DNA of 63,017 bases, the filler included, from Sphacelaria rigidula (taxonomy: Eukaryota), in NCBI GenBank assembly GCA_964200075.2. It is 5 parts of 5 records of this genome, joined end to end, with 100 filler letters (N's around TTAATTAATTAA, not from the genome) between each part and the next. Parts side by side here need not be neighbours in the genome. Positions count along the whole stretch, not along the records: positions 1 to 12,525 come from CAXNAA020003665.1; 4 more parts are not named here. The stretch is one strand, 5' to 3'. A program made the translations under genes and the position numbers. This document shows, piece by piece, positions 1 to 11,430 of the stretch (the first letter of the stretch is position 1; each line of letters begins with the position of its first letter). The notes beneath the pieces were generated by a model that saw only the letters and a list, made by a program, of their open reading frames with translations, searched no databases and was not told the origin of the DNA.

Positions 1-916
1 AACCGTGGATTTATTAGACAAGACTTAAAAGAGGACGGGTCAGCAAAAAAAAAACACACACACACACAAAAGCATATCGAAAACCCGACCGAGGGGCGGC
101 CGGACACGAGGCTACGAGTACTCGGAAACAGCTTCCATTTGCTCGTAGGATGTATACCTCCTCTCCCCATCATGATCTCGCATGCCGTAGTCATGGACCA
201 TTGATCTTCCATCCCTACAACGCCGGGACGGAGCACGCCGGATTCTCGCCGAACCAGGCTCGCAGTCGCCAGGCAAGATCATGAGTACCCGTCACCCAGC
301 AACCAAAAGGGCCCACCCTGAGAAATGCGACTCCGCAATATCACACACCAAACCAACAGCNNNNNNNNNNGTGACGCACCTCCCCCATTTTCCCCCATAC
401 CTGCCCCCACAGCCCCAAGAAAAATTCTCGTCACCCCCCCCCCCCCCCCCCCCCCGCCCTGTCACGAGAAAACAAACACAAAAATAAGAAATAACAACAA
501 CAATATCGAGGCACGTATAGTACTACACCTGTCTCCGTCACAGAAGCGGGCCGCAAAAGCGATCGCGTCCTTTTCGTCGCTACTCTATAGCAGTGGGTGG
601 GGTCCCCTTCCAACTGAACTCCCATTCGATACTACACCCCTGTTGCAACTCCGACAGATTCTGAGCTCCAACTGGGTTGTACCGTACTGGATCGTGAACT
701 ACCGTCCATTACATCGAAACCTTTCGAAACCCAACGACCGAAAACCAAAGGAAGCTTCGGAGCTCTGGTTTTGTGGTTGACGGGTTCTGAATCAGCCTTT
801 GCGAACACCGTGCACAGCACGTCGGTATCTTTGCGGGGGCTGGGCTGAGCCACGCTATTTCTTGGGCCAGCGCATCCACAAGAGAGAGAGAGAGAGAGAG
901 AGCGAGAGAGCCTTAC

Positions 917-1008
917 AAACGGTGAAATGAACACCTGAAACGGTGAAATGAAGATCTAACAAAGGCGAAATGAACACCTGAAACCGTGAAATGAACAATT
1001 GAAATGAA
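917..1008 (+). repeat. Degenerate ~21-bp tandem repeat (AAACGGTGAAATGAACACCTG x4-5)
   Basis: Unit visible directly, following an (AG)n tract at ~880-910. Confidence 0.8.
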
Positions 1009-1144
1009 AAAAAAAAATCTGGTCCGCATGTCGACAGCTTGTACTACTAGCTGGCTAATAACGCAGAGAAAATCACGAGATCTGGTTCTCCCGGGCGCTC
1101 AAGTACCACGTGTCTCAACCAGAGTATGCACCTTTCTTATTCAC

Positions 1145-1502
1145 TGAGGATGAGAATCCGGAGAATCAAAATCTTCGTAACCACACCAAATCTTCGAAAT
1201 ATGGTTCCATTCCTTCACTTGCTGGTAGCTATTGACAACTACTACATGCCATACAAATTTGGATTTCGATAATCGAAATGTCGGGGTCCTAGGTGGAAAA
1301 AAACATTTTTGGGTCTGATCGGATCACTTTAATTACCCCAAATCATTTCTTCACCTAGGAACTCAACATGTCGGTTATCAGTATCCAAATTTGTATGGCG
1401 TGTAGTAGTTGTCAACAGCTACCAGTAGGTGAAGGAATGGAACTATGTTTCGAAGATTTGGTGTGGATACGAAGATTTCAATTCTCTGGGTCCTCATCCT
1501 CA
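1145..1502. repeat. ~360-bp imperfect palindrome (fold-back element), arms ~170 bp
   Basis: TGAGGATGAGAATCCGGAGAATCAAAATCTTCGTAACCACACCAAATCTTCGAA... is mirrored by ...TTCGAAGATTTGGTGTGGATACGAAGATTTCAATTCTCTGGGTCCTCATCCTCA. A partial copy of one arm lies at ~51685-51785. Confidence 0.85.
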
Positions 1503-1786
1503 ATAAAAACTCCATCCCGAATTTGTAAAATCCCGTGTTTTGAAGTCGCGCTTGGCAATTCATGTGCTGCACGGCCTGGGCTACTAGAGCCGGACGCGCA
1601 GGCTTCCCCCCTAGCTGGCAAATTGCTGTACCATTTTACTTTGGGCCACCGGCGCGCGGTAGCTAATGTTTCGCATGTCGGACAGCCCATGAGCGACTTC
1701 AAATAACCACTCGGAGAGGACTCTCAGGTCAGTTGACGGAGAACAAAAAACGCGTGATAGGGTTCGAGATGCCAAAGCGCCACGTT

Positions 1787-2149
1787 TATGCTACCGCGCG
1801 TGTTGTCATCCCATCTATTCTGGACGCCGGGCTACACCTTTCGGTATATGTGGGCGCACCAGCCGGGGTCACACAGAAGGAAGGTCAACACAGGAGTTTT
1901 TCTTTCTTTCTTTTTGTTTTGGTACTCCCACCTTCCTTCTGCAGTGCTTGCCTTTCATTTTTTTATCGCGAGAGAGGGGTTCAGCAATCCCTTTCCCTCG
2001 TCGACGGTGAGGTCGAATTTTGTGTACTCATGACATAGTCGCTCTCCGCTGTTGGGCATGAGAAAAAATCCCAGATCGCTCCGAGATTCGAACCCATGAC
2101 CCAACCGTCAGAAGGTTTCGAGGTTACCAACTGAGCCACCGGGGCGACC
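1787..2149 (-). mobile_element. tRNA-headed SINE-like element, family 1 (near full-length copy)
   Basis: Minus-strand head with A box TGGCTCAGTTGG (2127-2138) and B box GGTTCGAATC (2085-2094). The body recurs at ~17800-18070, ~35421-35770 and ~50900-51040. Confidence 0.75.
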
Positions 2150-2223
2150 CGCGTGTCTGGCGTCCAGTGCTGTGGTTAGCAAGTATGGCAAAAGGGTCCA
2201 AAGGAGCTAGCTCATGATTCGGA

Positions 2224-2810
2224 TCAGTGCACTAACAAGGAGTAACATTCAGGTAGTTCATGAACTGCCCGACGTGTGTAACGCTTGTTGGTTTCAGGAA
2301 GGGTGGAAATTGCCCTCATCCACCTCTCTGCTTCTACCACCGTACAAATCTCCTCCCTGATCGTCCCTCTCTGGCGGCCGTGCTCACCTCTGCAGGACGG
2401 GTTAGCTCTGTTTTCAGAATCCCCCGCATCTCTAGGTTGTGTCATTGCACCCGATACTCCTCCGGCTGCAGATTCCAGCCCCCTGACCAGGGCCACCAGT
2501 TCATCCAGCTTCCGAGCCTGTTCGTCCAGCTTCTGAGATTGTTCTTCAAGCCGTCGAGATTGCTTGTCAATCTTCCGGGACTGCTCGAAAATCTCCCGAG
2601 ACTGCTTGGCGATAATCCCGATCAATCTCTCCAAATCCTCAACGCTTGGCGGATCCAAAACGTCCATTCCTGAGTTCGAAATTCCGGCGGAGGGGGTGTA
2701 CAGTATCGGTGACTTGCTCCGAGTGTCAAGAGAGCATTCTGGAGAAAGCTGCAGGATTTCCCGTCGTGCATCCCCAGGCGAGCGAGGGACATATCGTCGC
2801 CGATCGTCTT
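2224..2810 (-). CDS. Possible exon/ORF encoding a heptad coiled-coil (QSREIFE-QSRKIDK-QSRRLEE-QSQKLDE-QARKLDE), function unknown
   Basis: Open frame with a 21-nt/7-aa periodic repeat and protein-like composition. No recognisable domain, and start/splice sites not established. Confidence 0.35.
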
Positions 2811-3049
2811 GTTGTTCGCACAGTGTGTTTGTGTGTGTGTGTGTGTGCTCGGGGTAAGTGCAAGTCGGCATTATCGACACACACTTTCATCAACGCAATG
2901 AATGGATTAGTCATGTATTGTGAACGTGGTGTATATGTTGCGTATACAGCAGTCAACACTGCCGGTGAACATTGCTTCGGACTGGGCGCGCTTGTAAACC
3001 TCGCTTCTCTTTTATTCTCCGTTTTTTCTCGTTTGTCGTACTTTGCACT

Positions 3050-3335
3050 CCTCCCCTCCTTCCTCGGGACGAGTCCGTGGTCTCAAGGGATCACCCACAT
3101 CTCTCCCCGGTACACGCCTTGCATTTTAGTCTCAAGGATTGGATCAGCACTCCCGCACCGCGTCAACTCACGTCAAACAAACTCAAGTCAACTACTTCGT
3201 TTACTCACGTTCTTACGCTTACCACGGTAGAAATCACATGCTACCAAGAAAAAACCCAACACATCAGGAGTCGAACCCTCGTTCTCTCCACCCTAATGGC
3301 GACAGTCGGACCATTACACCACCGGGACGCGGCGG
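3050..3335 (-). mobile_element. tRNA-headed SINE-like element, family 2
   Basis: Minus-strand head GCCGCGTCCCGGTGGTGTAATGGT...GGTTCGACTCC (A and B boxes). Body closely matches the + copy at ~6586-6848. Confidence 0.75.
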
Positions 3336-3354
3336 CTTCTGTAGCTGGGAGAGA

Positions 3355-3672
3355 GCCTCTCCCGGCCCGGTGGCCTAATGGTACAACTGGAATCATCGGG
3401 GATAGAAAGAAGGCGTAAGCGACTCCTGTCAGATGCGTTTAGGACTCGTCTGCCCCAAGCACCTGATTTTCGTTGTTGAAAGCATGAGGACATGAGTAGC
3501 AAAAGTTGTTTGTTCTTTGCTGAGTTCGTGTGACGAGGGTCGACGCGCGGTGGGGGAGTGCTGATTGTCATGATCCAGTCCGCGAGACGAAAATGCAAAA
3601 CGTGCATTGTACCGGGGGAGGTATAGGTTGATTTCCTTCACACCACATAATTCGCCCCGAGGAAGGGGACCG
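3355..3672 (+). mobile_element. Diverged SINE-like family 2 relative
   Basis: CCCGGTGGCCTAATGGT A-box-like start. The 3' part (GGGAGTGCTGA...AAAATGCAA...CCCGAGGAAGGGG) matches family 2. Confidence 0.55.
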
Positions 3673-3740
3673 GTTGAAACGTGCGACAACATTTTTTTGG
3701 GGGGGATTCTTGGTTTTCATCCACAGGCAAGAAGGACTTG

Positions 3741-4690
3741 AGGGTGTGCTCATAATCTTGCATGCCGTAGTCATATGACCATTGGCCTCGCTTCCCTACA
3801 AAAAAGCAAGGACGGAGCACGGGGAGTTTTCGCCGGACCAGGCTCGCAATCAATCACCAAGCGCGAAGCACCATCATGTGTTCGGCCACTTGCATGAAGG
3901 GTGAGCTGCGTCCTGCCGAGATTGTTCGGCCCGAAGCCTACTGATTTCCTGAACATGGATGGCAGCCTCCAATGAGGTGCTTTATTTTCTGGTATAGATA
4001 CTTCCAGAGGCAATCATGGGGTTCAACACTACCTCACGGGTGTCTCACCATGTTAACATTACGTCGTATGATCACCCCCTTTTCCCGCGGAGTTGAAGTT
4101 CCCCTATCCCCCACAATTTGATCTAGCTCGACCACCACCATGGTTACTGCATAAAAAGGCAAGCGGGAAAAAACTGGTAACCTGATGCCCTAGCCTACGC
4201 AGTGAGGGGCGTGTTTTTATAGCGTCGCTGCCAACCGACGCCAACGCTTGAAGGAAAGGAGGTAGAGGGTAGAGGGTACTTGTGCGGAAGGGTTGACAAG
4301 CATCGGCGACTGAAGCTTCCTCAAGCATATAGGATCATCTCTCCGACGAACAGATTTTTTTTCAGGAAAAGGGGCAGGAATGAAAGTGGTCGACCGAAGC
4401 CCCCCCCCCGTGTCCCAAAGAGCGTTTCCGAAATTCCAAGATACTGCAGTACGTATACAAACGAACTTCAATTCTTCTCGAGTTGGTTTTCACAGCTTCT
4501 CTCAAATCCGTCGCCTCTGGTACCGCATCGTGTCTATTTAGATGAACGCCAGAAAAGAACACACACCTTATCTACCGTGTAAGGGTGAAACCCGTGACAA
4601 AAGACCTGGGGATTTAGCGCAGCAAGGGGCCCTACGGATGCGTGGTCAATGGCCAAACGACTAAGGCAAGCAACAAATGAGTACGCCCCC
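3741..4690. mobile_element. ~950-bp non-autonomous element bounded by related ~75-nt inverted ends (type A left, type B right)
   Basis: Left end GGGTGTGCTCATAATCTTGCATGCCGTAGTCATATGACCATTGG..., right end ...GATGCGTGGTCAATGGCCAAACGACTAAGGCAAGCAACAAATGAGTACGCCC. The left ~500 bp recurs at ~42531-43020 (+) and ~33170-33640 (-). Confidence 0.6.
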
Positions 4691-4699
4691 CCCCCCCCC

Positions 4700-4925
4700 C
4701 TTTCGAGACGGTGCTCCGTCTCGAAAGGGATGCGTGGTCAATGGTCAAGCGACTAAGGCAAGCAACAAATGAGTGTGCCCCTCCCCTTCCTTCTTCCCAA
4801 TGGTCTTATGACTTATGGCATGCATGATCATGAGTACACCCTTCCTTCTTGCTCCGTCCCGGCTTTGTAGGGATACGACGTCAATGGTGTTATGACTACG
4901 GCATGCAAGATCATGAGTCCCCCCC
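4700..4925. repeat. Cluster of three short solo type B/type A ends in tandem
   Basis: Copies at ~4712-4785 (B), ~4797-4842 (A) and ~4850-4925 (A), each ending ATGAGT..CCC. Confidence 0.7.
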
Positions 4926-5334
4926 CTAGAGGCTGTCGAGAAAGAGGAGAAACAACGGCATAAACCTTGCTCTTCCTGTTCCTCTGCCAGTATATCCAAT
5001 TGAATAACGCCGTCACCGCCCAGGAATCGCTTAAACCGGGACAGTTCTAAACAAATGAGCGTTGAAGTGTGTCCGTACGTATGGCGGCCGGGAGGGGCGG
5101 AGCGGACAACAGGAAATCGTTACGATCAAAGAAGGGGATGGTTTGACTACTGGATTGTGACTTCTGAGTCGCACCGTGATCGGAAAATGATTCGTATGTA
5201 TATTGGAGTTTTCCAACCCACTTGTCTCACCAGCACACACTGGTACATACCAGCAATAAAGCAATGCCTAGATGATGAAGGTAGTCGTCAGCTAATACTA
5301 CTGTGCAATACTGTTATAGCAAAGTGTAGTGTGC

Positions 5335-6215
5335 ATAGCCGGTGGCCCCGGCTCCATTGGTAACCTCGAAACTTTCCACGCCCTGTACAACTATGACTAA
5401 TAACTAGGTAAGTTACCAATAGTTGTCGACCAACTACCGGGTAGTTGTTTCCTAGTGCGCACGATTTTGAGAGATTAGTTGTTTGGAAACAACTAATTAC
5501 GCATGATCTTGGAGCAGTAGTTGTTTGGAAACAACTAGTTGCGCACGGTTCTGAAAAAGTAGGTGCCCCAGTTAGTTGTCAACATCGTGGAACAGACACA
5601 AATAGACCGGCGGCTGAGTTCAAGCTGACGCATAAGCATGTGAGCACCTCACGCACACACACACAAACACACACGACAGACCAAGCGCACCAAATGGGAG
5701 CTGTGTCACCAACCGCCCCTACACCAGCACCTGCAGCCGATGGTGGCCAGCAAACGTGCTTGTGTTTCGATGTCGGAGAGGAACGGTGGTTGATCAAGTC
5801 AGTTGGACGTGATGCATACATGAAACAGCAGTAAAGCTTACACCTTGAACGTGTCATGCTCGCGCCCCGAATGACGTTTGCCTTTGCTTTGCATCACACC
5901 GCATACTTCTGTCCTTTCCTTTATCCATGAATGGGTCGGCCTGATCTTTCTGGCCTACTCCCTGTCCTGTACAGATACGAGTCCACACCACCACAATAAA
6001 GCGTTTTCATTTTTTCCAACAATAGCCAACTAAAGTTATTTGTTTGTCGAGCAACTACCTGGTAGTTGTTTGAAAACATTTAGTTGCACACGATTTTGAA
6101 CAGATAGTTGTTCGAGAAACAACCACCAACTGTTGTAGTTGTACAGGGTGTGAAAAATTCCGACGGTTGGGTTGTGGGTTCGAATCTCGAAGCAATGTGG
6201 AATTTTTTTCTCACA
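5335..6215 (+). mobile_element. SINE-like family 1 head interrupted by a MITE
   Basis: 5335-5376 joined to 6153-6215 rebuilds TTGGTAACCTCGAAACxTTC-GACGGTTGGGT..GGGTTCGAATCTCG, the reverse complement of ~2060-2149. Confidence 0.75.
5377..6152. mobile_element. MITE with CAC-type TIRs and subterminal TAGTTG/CAACTA repeats
   Basis: TIRs CACGCCCTGTACAACTA / TAGTTGTACAGGGTGTG. Degenerate 8-bp TSD AAACTTTC / AAAAATTC; the uninterrupted SINE reads AAACCTTC. Confidence 0.8.
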
Positions 6216-6585
6216 CAATGCCCAACAAGTGTACTGTACATTGCTAGTCAGCATTCAATCGTGCGGGCAAATGCTTCAGATTGCGTCAGTCCATCGCTGT
6301 CTAGGGTGCGACTGCGAACGCATGGGTGCCGCGTCAGGAGAAATTTACAATTGCATTTCGTTGCACATTACTGACACGCTGACCGTCACCAGGGCGGCAT
6401 TTCACATCTCATATTATGTACGGCCTGAGTGGTGTTTTCAAACTGCGATGGCTTTACGATTGCCGTGAAAAAACTGATGCGTGTGCAAGACATGCCAAGC
6501 AGAACAACATGGGCGGAGCCGAGTAGCGAATGCAGGGACCCTGCCGCGGTGTGGTGTTCTGTATTATCAAAATAGACGTTATACA

Positions 6586-6848
6586 GTCGCCGCGCCCCGG
6601 TGGTGTAATGGTCTGACTGTCGCCATTAGGGTGGAGGGAACTGCGTTGGGTTTTTCTTCGAATGTATGATTTCCACCGTGGAAAGTGTGAGAACGTGAGT
6701 AAAGTAGTCGACTGGGTTTGTGTGTCGTAAGTTGACGCGGTGCGGGAGTGCTGACCCAATCCGAGAGACCAAAATGAAAGGCACGTAACGGGGGAGAGAT
6801 GGGTTGATCCCTTGAGACCACGGACTCATCCCGAGGAAGGGGAGGGGT
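6586..6848 (+). mobile_element. SINE-like family 2 copy with B-box region deleted
   Basis: Matches the reverse complement of 3050-3335 but lacks the GAGGGTTCGACTCC segment. Confidence 0.75.
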
Positions 6849-7496
6849 TCAAAGTGTGAGGAAAAAAAAATAGTACAGTACTTGATCTTTGTTCTGGTTC
6901 GGAACCAACTCAGTGAACTCCCCATAGTGGTACCGTCGTACCTGCACAATGATCAGGGCGTGTCTCAGCATTTTTTTCTTCGATCGAAAAGATAGGGCGG
7001 TGGAATCGATTCGAGTGATTTTTTCTCGTTTTGACGTGGTTGTGTCCAGATTAGGGTTGTATATCAACTCAAAAATCACGGTTGATTTTTTTTTTAAAGT
7101 TGATTTGATTTATATCAACGATCACATGAACGCGTCGCTGATTTGTTGATTTTTTCCCGGAAAGAAAGAGGCGTTTGCGTCGTGCAGCGTTTTTTTTTGC
7201 CTGCGGCGCAACCATTCATCGACGGATGTCTACTCATCGACTCTACTCCCGAAAAGACGCTAGCAACGATGAACACATAGCAGCACACAGCACGCCACGT
7301 AGCGCCGCACTCTAGCAGAAAACTGAGGGTCACACGGAACTTGACACAATGAGGGAAGCGGACAAGGGCAAAGCACGGGCTGAAGGCAATACTGACACCC
7401 CGGGGAACGCTCTCCAGCGCCAGGGCAACGCTATGAGCTGCTAATATTCAACAAGGAGCTCTATCGATACGCCAGTGCAATCTGGGTATGGGCTGG

Positions 7497-7900
7497 ACCA
7501 GCCTAGAGGCGGATTCGAAGATTGTAGGCGATGCGCCGGCCAATATTTAGAGTTGGAGCGTAAAATTTGTCATGGATAATGCATAGGGCATAAAAAAATG
7601 GCAGAAGCACCATAAGTTTTTTTTCTCGTGAGTTAAGGGCTTTTTACTAATATCTGAAAACTGATTATTGGCCCTGACTCACGAAAAAAAAAACTTCTAG
7701 TGCTACTGTAATTTGTTTTCATGCCCTATGCATTGTCCCTACCGAACTTTACGCTCCAACTCTCTACATTGGCCGGCGCATTCGCATTTCAAGAACCGGG
7801 TCGGTAGAAATTCGAAACAGTATTTCGTAGGCTACTCACTGGCCTACGTTTGGTTTTTGTGTATCGAAATTTTGTGTGGGCCCTCGCTAGGGCATAAGGA
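7497..7900 (+). repeat. Palindrome-bearing dispersed repeat, copy 1 (stem 7531-7640/7671-7781, 30-nt loop)
   Basis: ~110-bp inverted arms. Homologous copy at ~51792-52195. Confidence 0.85.
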
Positions 7901-10900
7901 ACAAAACTCAGTGAGTCAGCTTTTTTTTCACTGGTTTAGGGCGTTCTAGTATGGTAAAGACCATTTCTTCACGAGGACGCCCTACCCTTTCCCCCCCCCC
8001 AAAAAATGAAGGCCCATTTAAAAAAAATATTCGGCACACCGTCGCGGTTCTCCATGCTAAGTTTCAAATCATAACTCTAAAAATTGGGCAATGTTGACTC
8101 AAATCCGTCCCAAGTCGGATCAGCCAGAGCGTATCAGAGGAGCGGCTACCCCAAGGGTACAGTACTTTACTTGTACAGTATTACGCCCCTCACGAAAACC
8201 TAAAAATACCTCGTTCATTCAAAGGTGCGTAATGATCCGTAGCACAGTTGTGCGAATTTTCAGGGTTAACTCTTTCAAACGGCGTGAGGTTTTCCGCTTT
8301 TGTGCGACTAACTTTGACGTGCCGCGGTGAAACCGCAAAGTGCTTGATTTTAGTACGAATATGACATTTTTGGGCCTTCTTTGCCGTGGACATGAAAGTT
8401 CAAGCATGCGTTTATCGAGTTTTGGGACGAAATTTCGTGGGGCCCATTTCTGGTTATGAGGCGACAGCTTGTTCACGAAAACATGAAAAAAAATATCGCA
8501 GTGTCGGTTTTCCGGGGTCCCAGAATGGAGGCTACTTCGAAAAACGACTGGGATCCCGTCGGACCCCCGAAAACGGTAAAAAACTCAAAACTCAAGTACA
8601 AAAAACCTCGCCCATAGAAATTTGCGTAATGACACATAGCAAATTTGTGCAAAGTTTCAGGGTCTAACTACTTATAACGGCGTGAAGCCTTGCGCGTTTG
8701 TCGAGGACGTGGGCTTGAAACGTGCAACTCCTAACTACTTGGTTTTAGTATATAGAGGTCTTTTTAGGTGAATTCCACGTCAAGGCAAGAAAAACTTTAT
8801 GAGGTTTTGGAGTTTCTCCTCAGAACATTGTACATGTGCTCCTTGGACTATCCCGGGACGCATGATTTTATTACTTTTCTTTTGGGGCATTCTGTACCGC
8901 CTTCCGGGAGTCTTCATACTGGGACCCCCGAAGCCGGTAGAAAACGGAGAAACCATGACATAGTCAAGGATACAACTTTTCCATGTGGAGCATCAATCCC
9001 TACGGGACCGCCAAGTTTGAGGGCGATCTGAGCTCTTCAACAGGTGTAGGGGACACCGTCATGAGGCTCCCTGGGTATTTCGTGCGTATCATTATTAAGT
9101 GAAAATTAGACGACGCCAGCACCCGACACCACCAAAACATCACGGTTTCGGGTATGATTCGACCCCCGTAGTAACCGTTTTAAAATATGTGTCTTTCGTT
9201 ATATTCCCGAGCCGATGTCGGTTACTACGATTTGAAGCATGTGGGGATCATTGGATGAAAATTGGGCTTGGAATTGGTACTTTCGATCTCCGAACAATTC
9301 GACGGGCGCTGGTTGGTCGATATACCTCTTCACCCTTAGTGCTACCACTATGGCCTTACACACAAATCCGGCTTTGTCACGCTCTTGACCTGTCCATGGC
9401 GATCAGTATGAAGTCATGTACGCGACTTTTGGGCAGGTATTGCGAAAGGCATTTGCTGATGACACAATTCTGGGTGATGAGCATGAACCAGTCTGTAATC
9501 ACTTCTGATAAGACTCCGCCTCAGCCTGTTGCCAAGAGCAATCGATCACAAGGTCGTCTGCTGTTGAGACCTCATTATTCGCGTCATCAACCAATTTTTC
9601 CGATCATTTGGTGAACAGAGCTCTGTACTCCTCTACAAGACCGCATTTTTCCTTCCTCGGCATTTTTGTAGGTACTATTAATACCGACCCTACCAAGTAC
9701 CCAATCGTGACATCATCCATTGTCTTGCAGACACGGCTGAACTTGTGCCTCATGTCTGACGCACGTTCGAGAGGATAACAGCTTCATACCCACAGGCCCG
9801 GGCCCAGCACGTTCCAATCACCAGTTCTAGCTTTATCGCGTGCGTTGTAGCCATCATGCTTCAGGAGCGTTGCACAAAGCAACTCGCAGCCTCTTGTCCT
9901 ACCGTCTGTACTGTTGTCTCTGCAGGTTGAACCTGAGAGTGGGTCCGAGTAGACCCGCTTTAGCTACGAAGTGGTGAACTCTATTGCGGGGTTTCGGGTT
10001 TCGACAGCTTTTGAGCGTCCGCAGCGAACAATTCGCAGATGTTCCACAGCTCCATCATGTTTCCGTCGCCTGGGATTCTTGATACAGCGCTTCTGTATGA
10101 CAGATAGAAGGCATCCGTGTTTACTCTGATCCCCGCGGCTGAGGGATGCTGACGCGTTGCGCTTGGCGTACCAGGTTCCATAGTAGGGTTAGTATAATTT
10201 GATCAAAATTATAACTTTCTGAGAAATTTCTCACCCTTCCAAGTGGTGAACTAACCTCGGGTGCTGCTGGCTATATTATTGAAGTCTTCCCGATCATTTT
10301 GAATGTCTTGTAGAATTCAAACCTTGGCTGCAGTAAGTACAACAGCAACGGTATATCGTACTGTAGGAGTACAGATGTTTGGGGTGATCTGGGACTTGAG
10401 ACGACCCGGGACATATCTCTGAAACAAGTGAGCAAGAAGTCGATACGCCTGTTGGAGAAAATGAGGTGCAACAGAACATGGCCTGCTCCCAACGGCAGAG
10501 TATCACGCATGGCAACAAGAGGAAGAGTCCTTCACGAAGCACACAAGATGATACCCATAGGGCACATGATCACGTGTACTTCACCCACCCGTACCATGGT
10601 TTTGCTGATGGCAATAGATGTGGGGCACCATATCCCAAAATCCATGCCCACCCATAACCTAGCCACTCGAAGACATGTGTTCCAATTACCTCTGCTACTG
10701 ATGTTGGGGACGGTATGCATGCTTCTGTACATTTCGCTGGCTGTCGCAACCGATCCGGCCAGCATAACCCTACCGCAGACCTCAAGAACGCAACCCAAAT
10801 GCCTTGGGCCCAGGGAGGGGTCTACAACTCAGGCGGTTGATCAGGGCCAGTCTTGTCAGCGACATGACAAACATCTCAGGCGTCGCAAATGAGGGTACAT

Positions 10901-11430
10901 GAGTTATTCCGTTGAGATTGACGACTGCAGACTCGTCAGCTGTGTCTGTGGACTCACCTGGTTCCATGGTGAAGTGTATCCCGTGTACACCACCCTTCTG
11001 CTACCCCCTACTGCTGTCGTAATCTGGGTGATCTAAGCAGAGAAGTACTGATCTGCTGATCTTCGAAATAATGACAACATGAACGGCGGAAATCAAAACG
11101 GTTCAGGTAGAAAGCCTCATAGTACCAGTAGTGCTGTTTTTTTTCAAGATCAGAACATCTGGTTTCGAGCGAAACGAAAATAAATGAAAATGAAAATATC
11201 TTCTTGATACTAGTTGCAGGGAATGGGTACCCCATGTGTCAGAGATCATGTCTGCGATCGTGCATGAGTAACTCATGAAGGACAACTCCTCGTGAATCAT
11301 GATCTCGACCAAAAGGTGATCCGAAAACGGCTTCATCACCTGCGGTCAGATCACCTGCCCCAGTGAATCCTATCCGGAGGCGGTTTGGTCAGATAACTGG
11401 GTCTGAAACCGTCTAAGACTTCCTCATTAT

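Noticed and set aside
2075..2149. True tRNA genes at A/B-box heads (also ~3265-3335, ~32885-32910, ~35695-35770, ~45655-45740)
   Set aside because: No convincing cloverleaf or anticodon arm could be drawn, and most are fused to a repeated body.
4712..4785. Hammerhead or other self-cleaving ribozyme in the type B end
   Set aside because: A GAAA hairpin is present, but no CUGANGA core or other recognisable ribozyme consensus was found on either strand.
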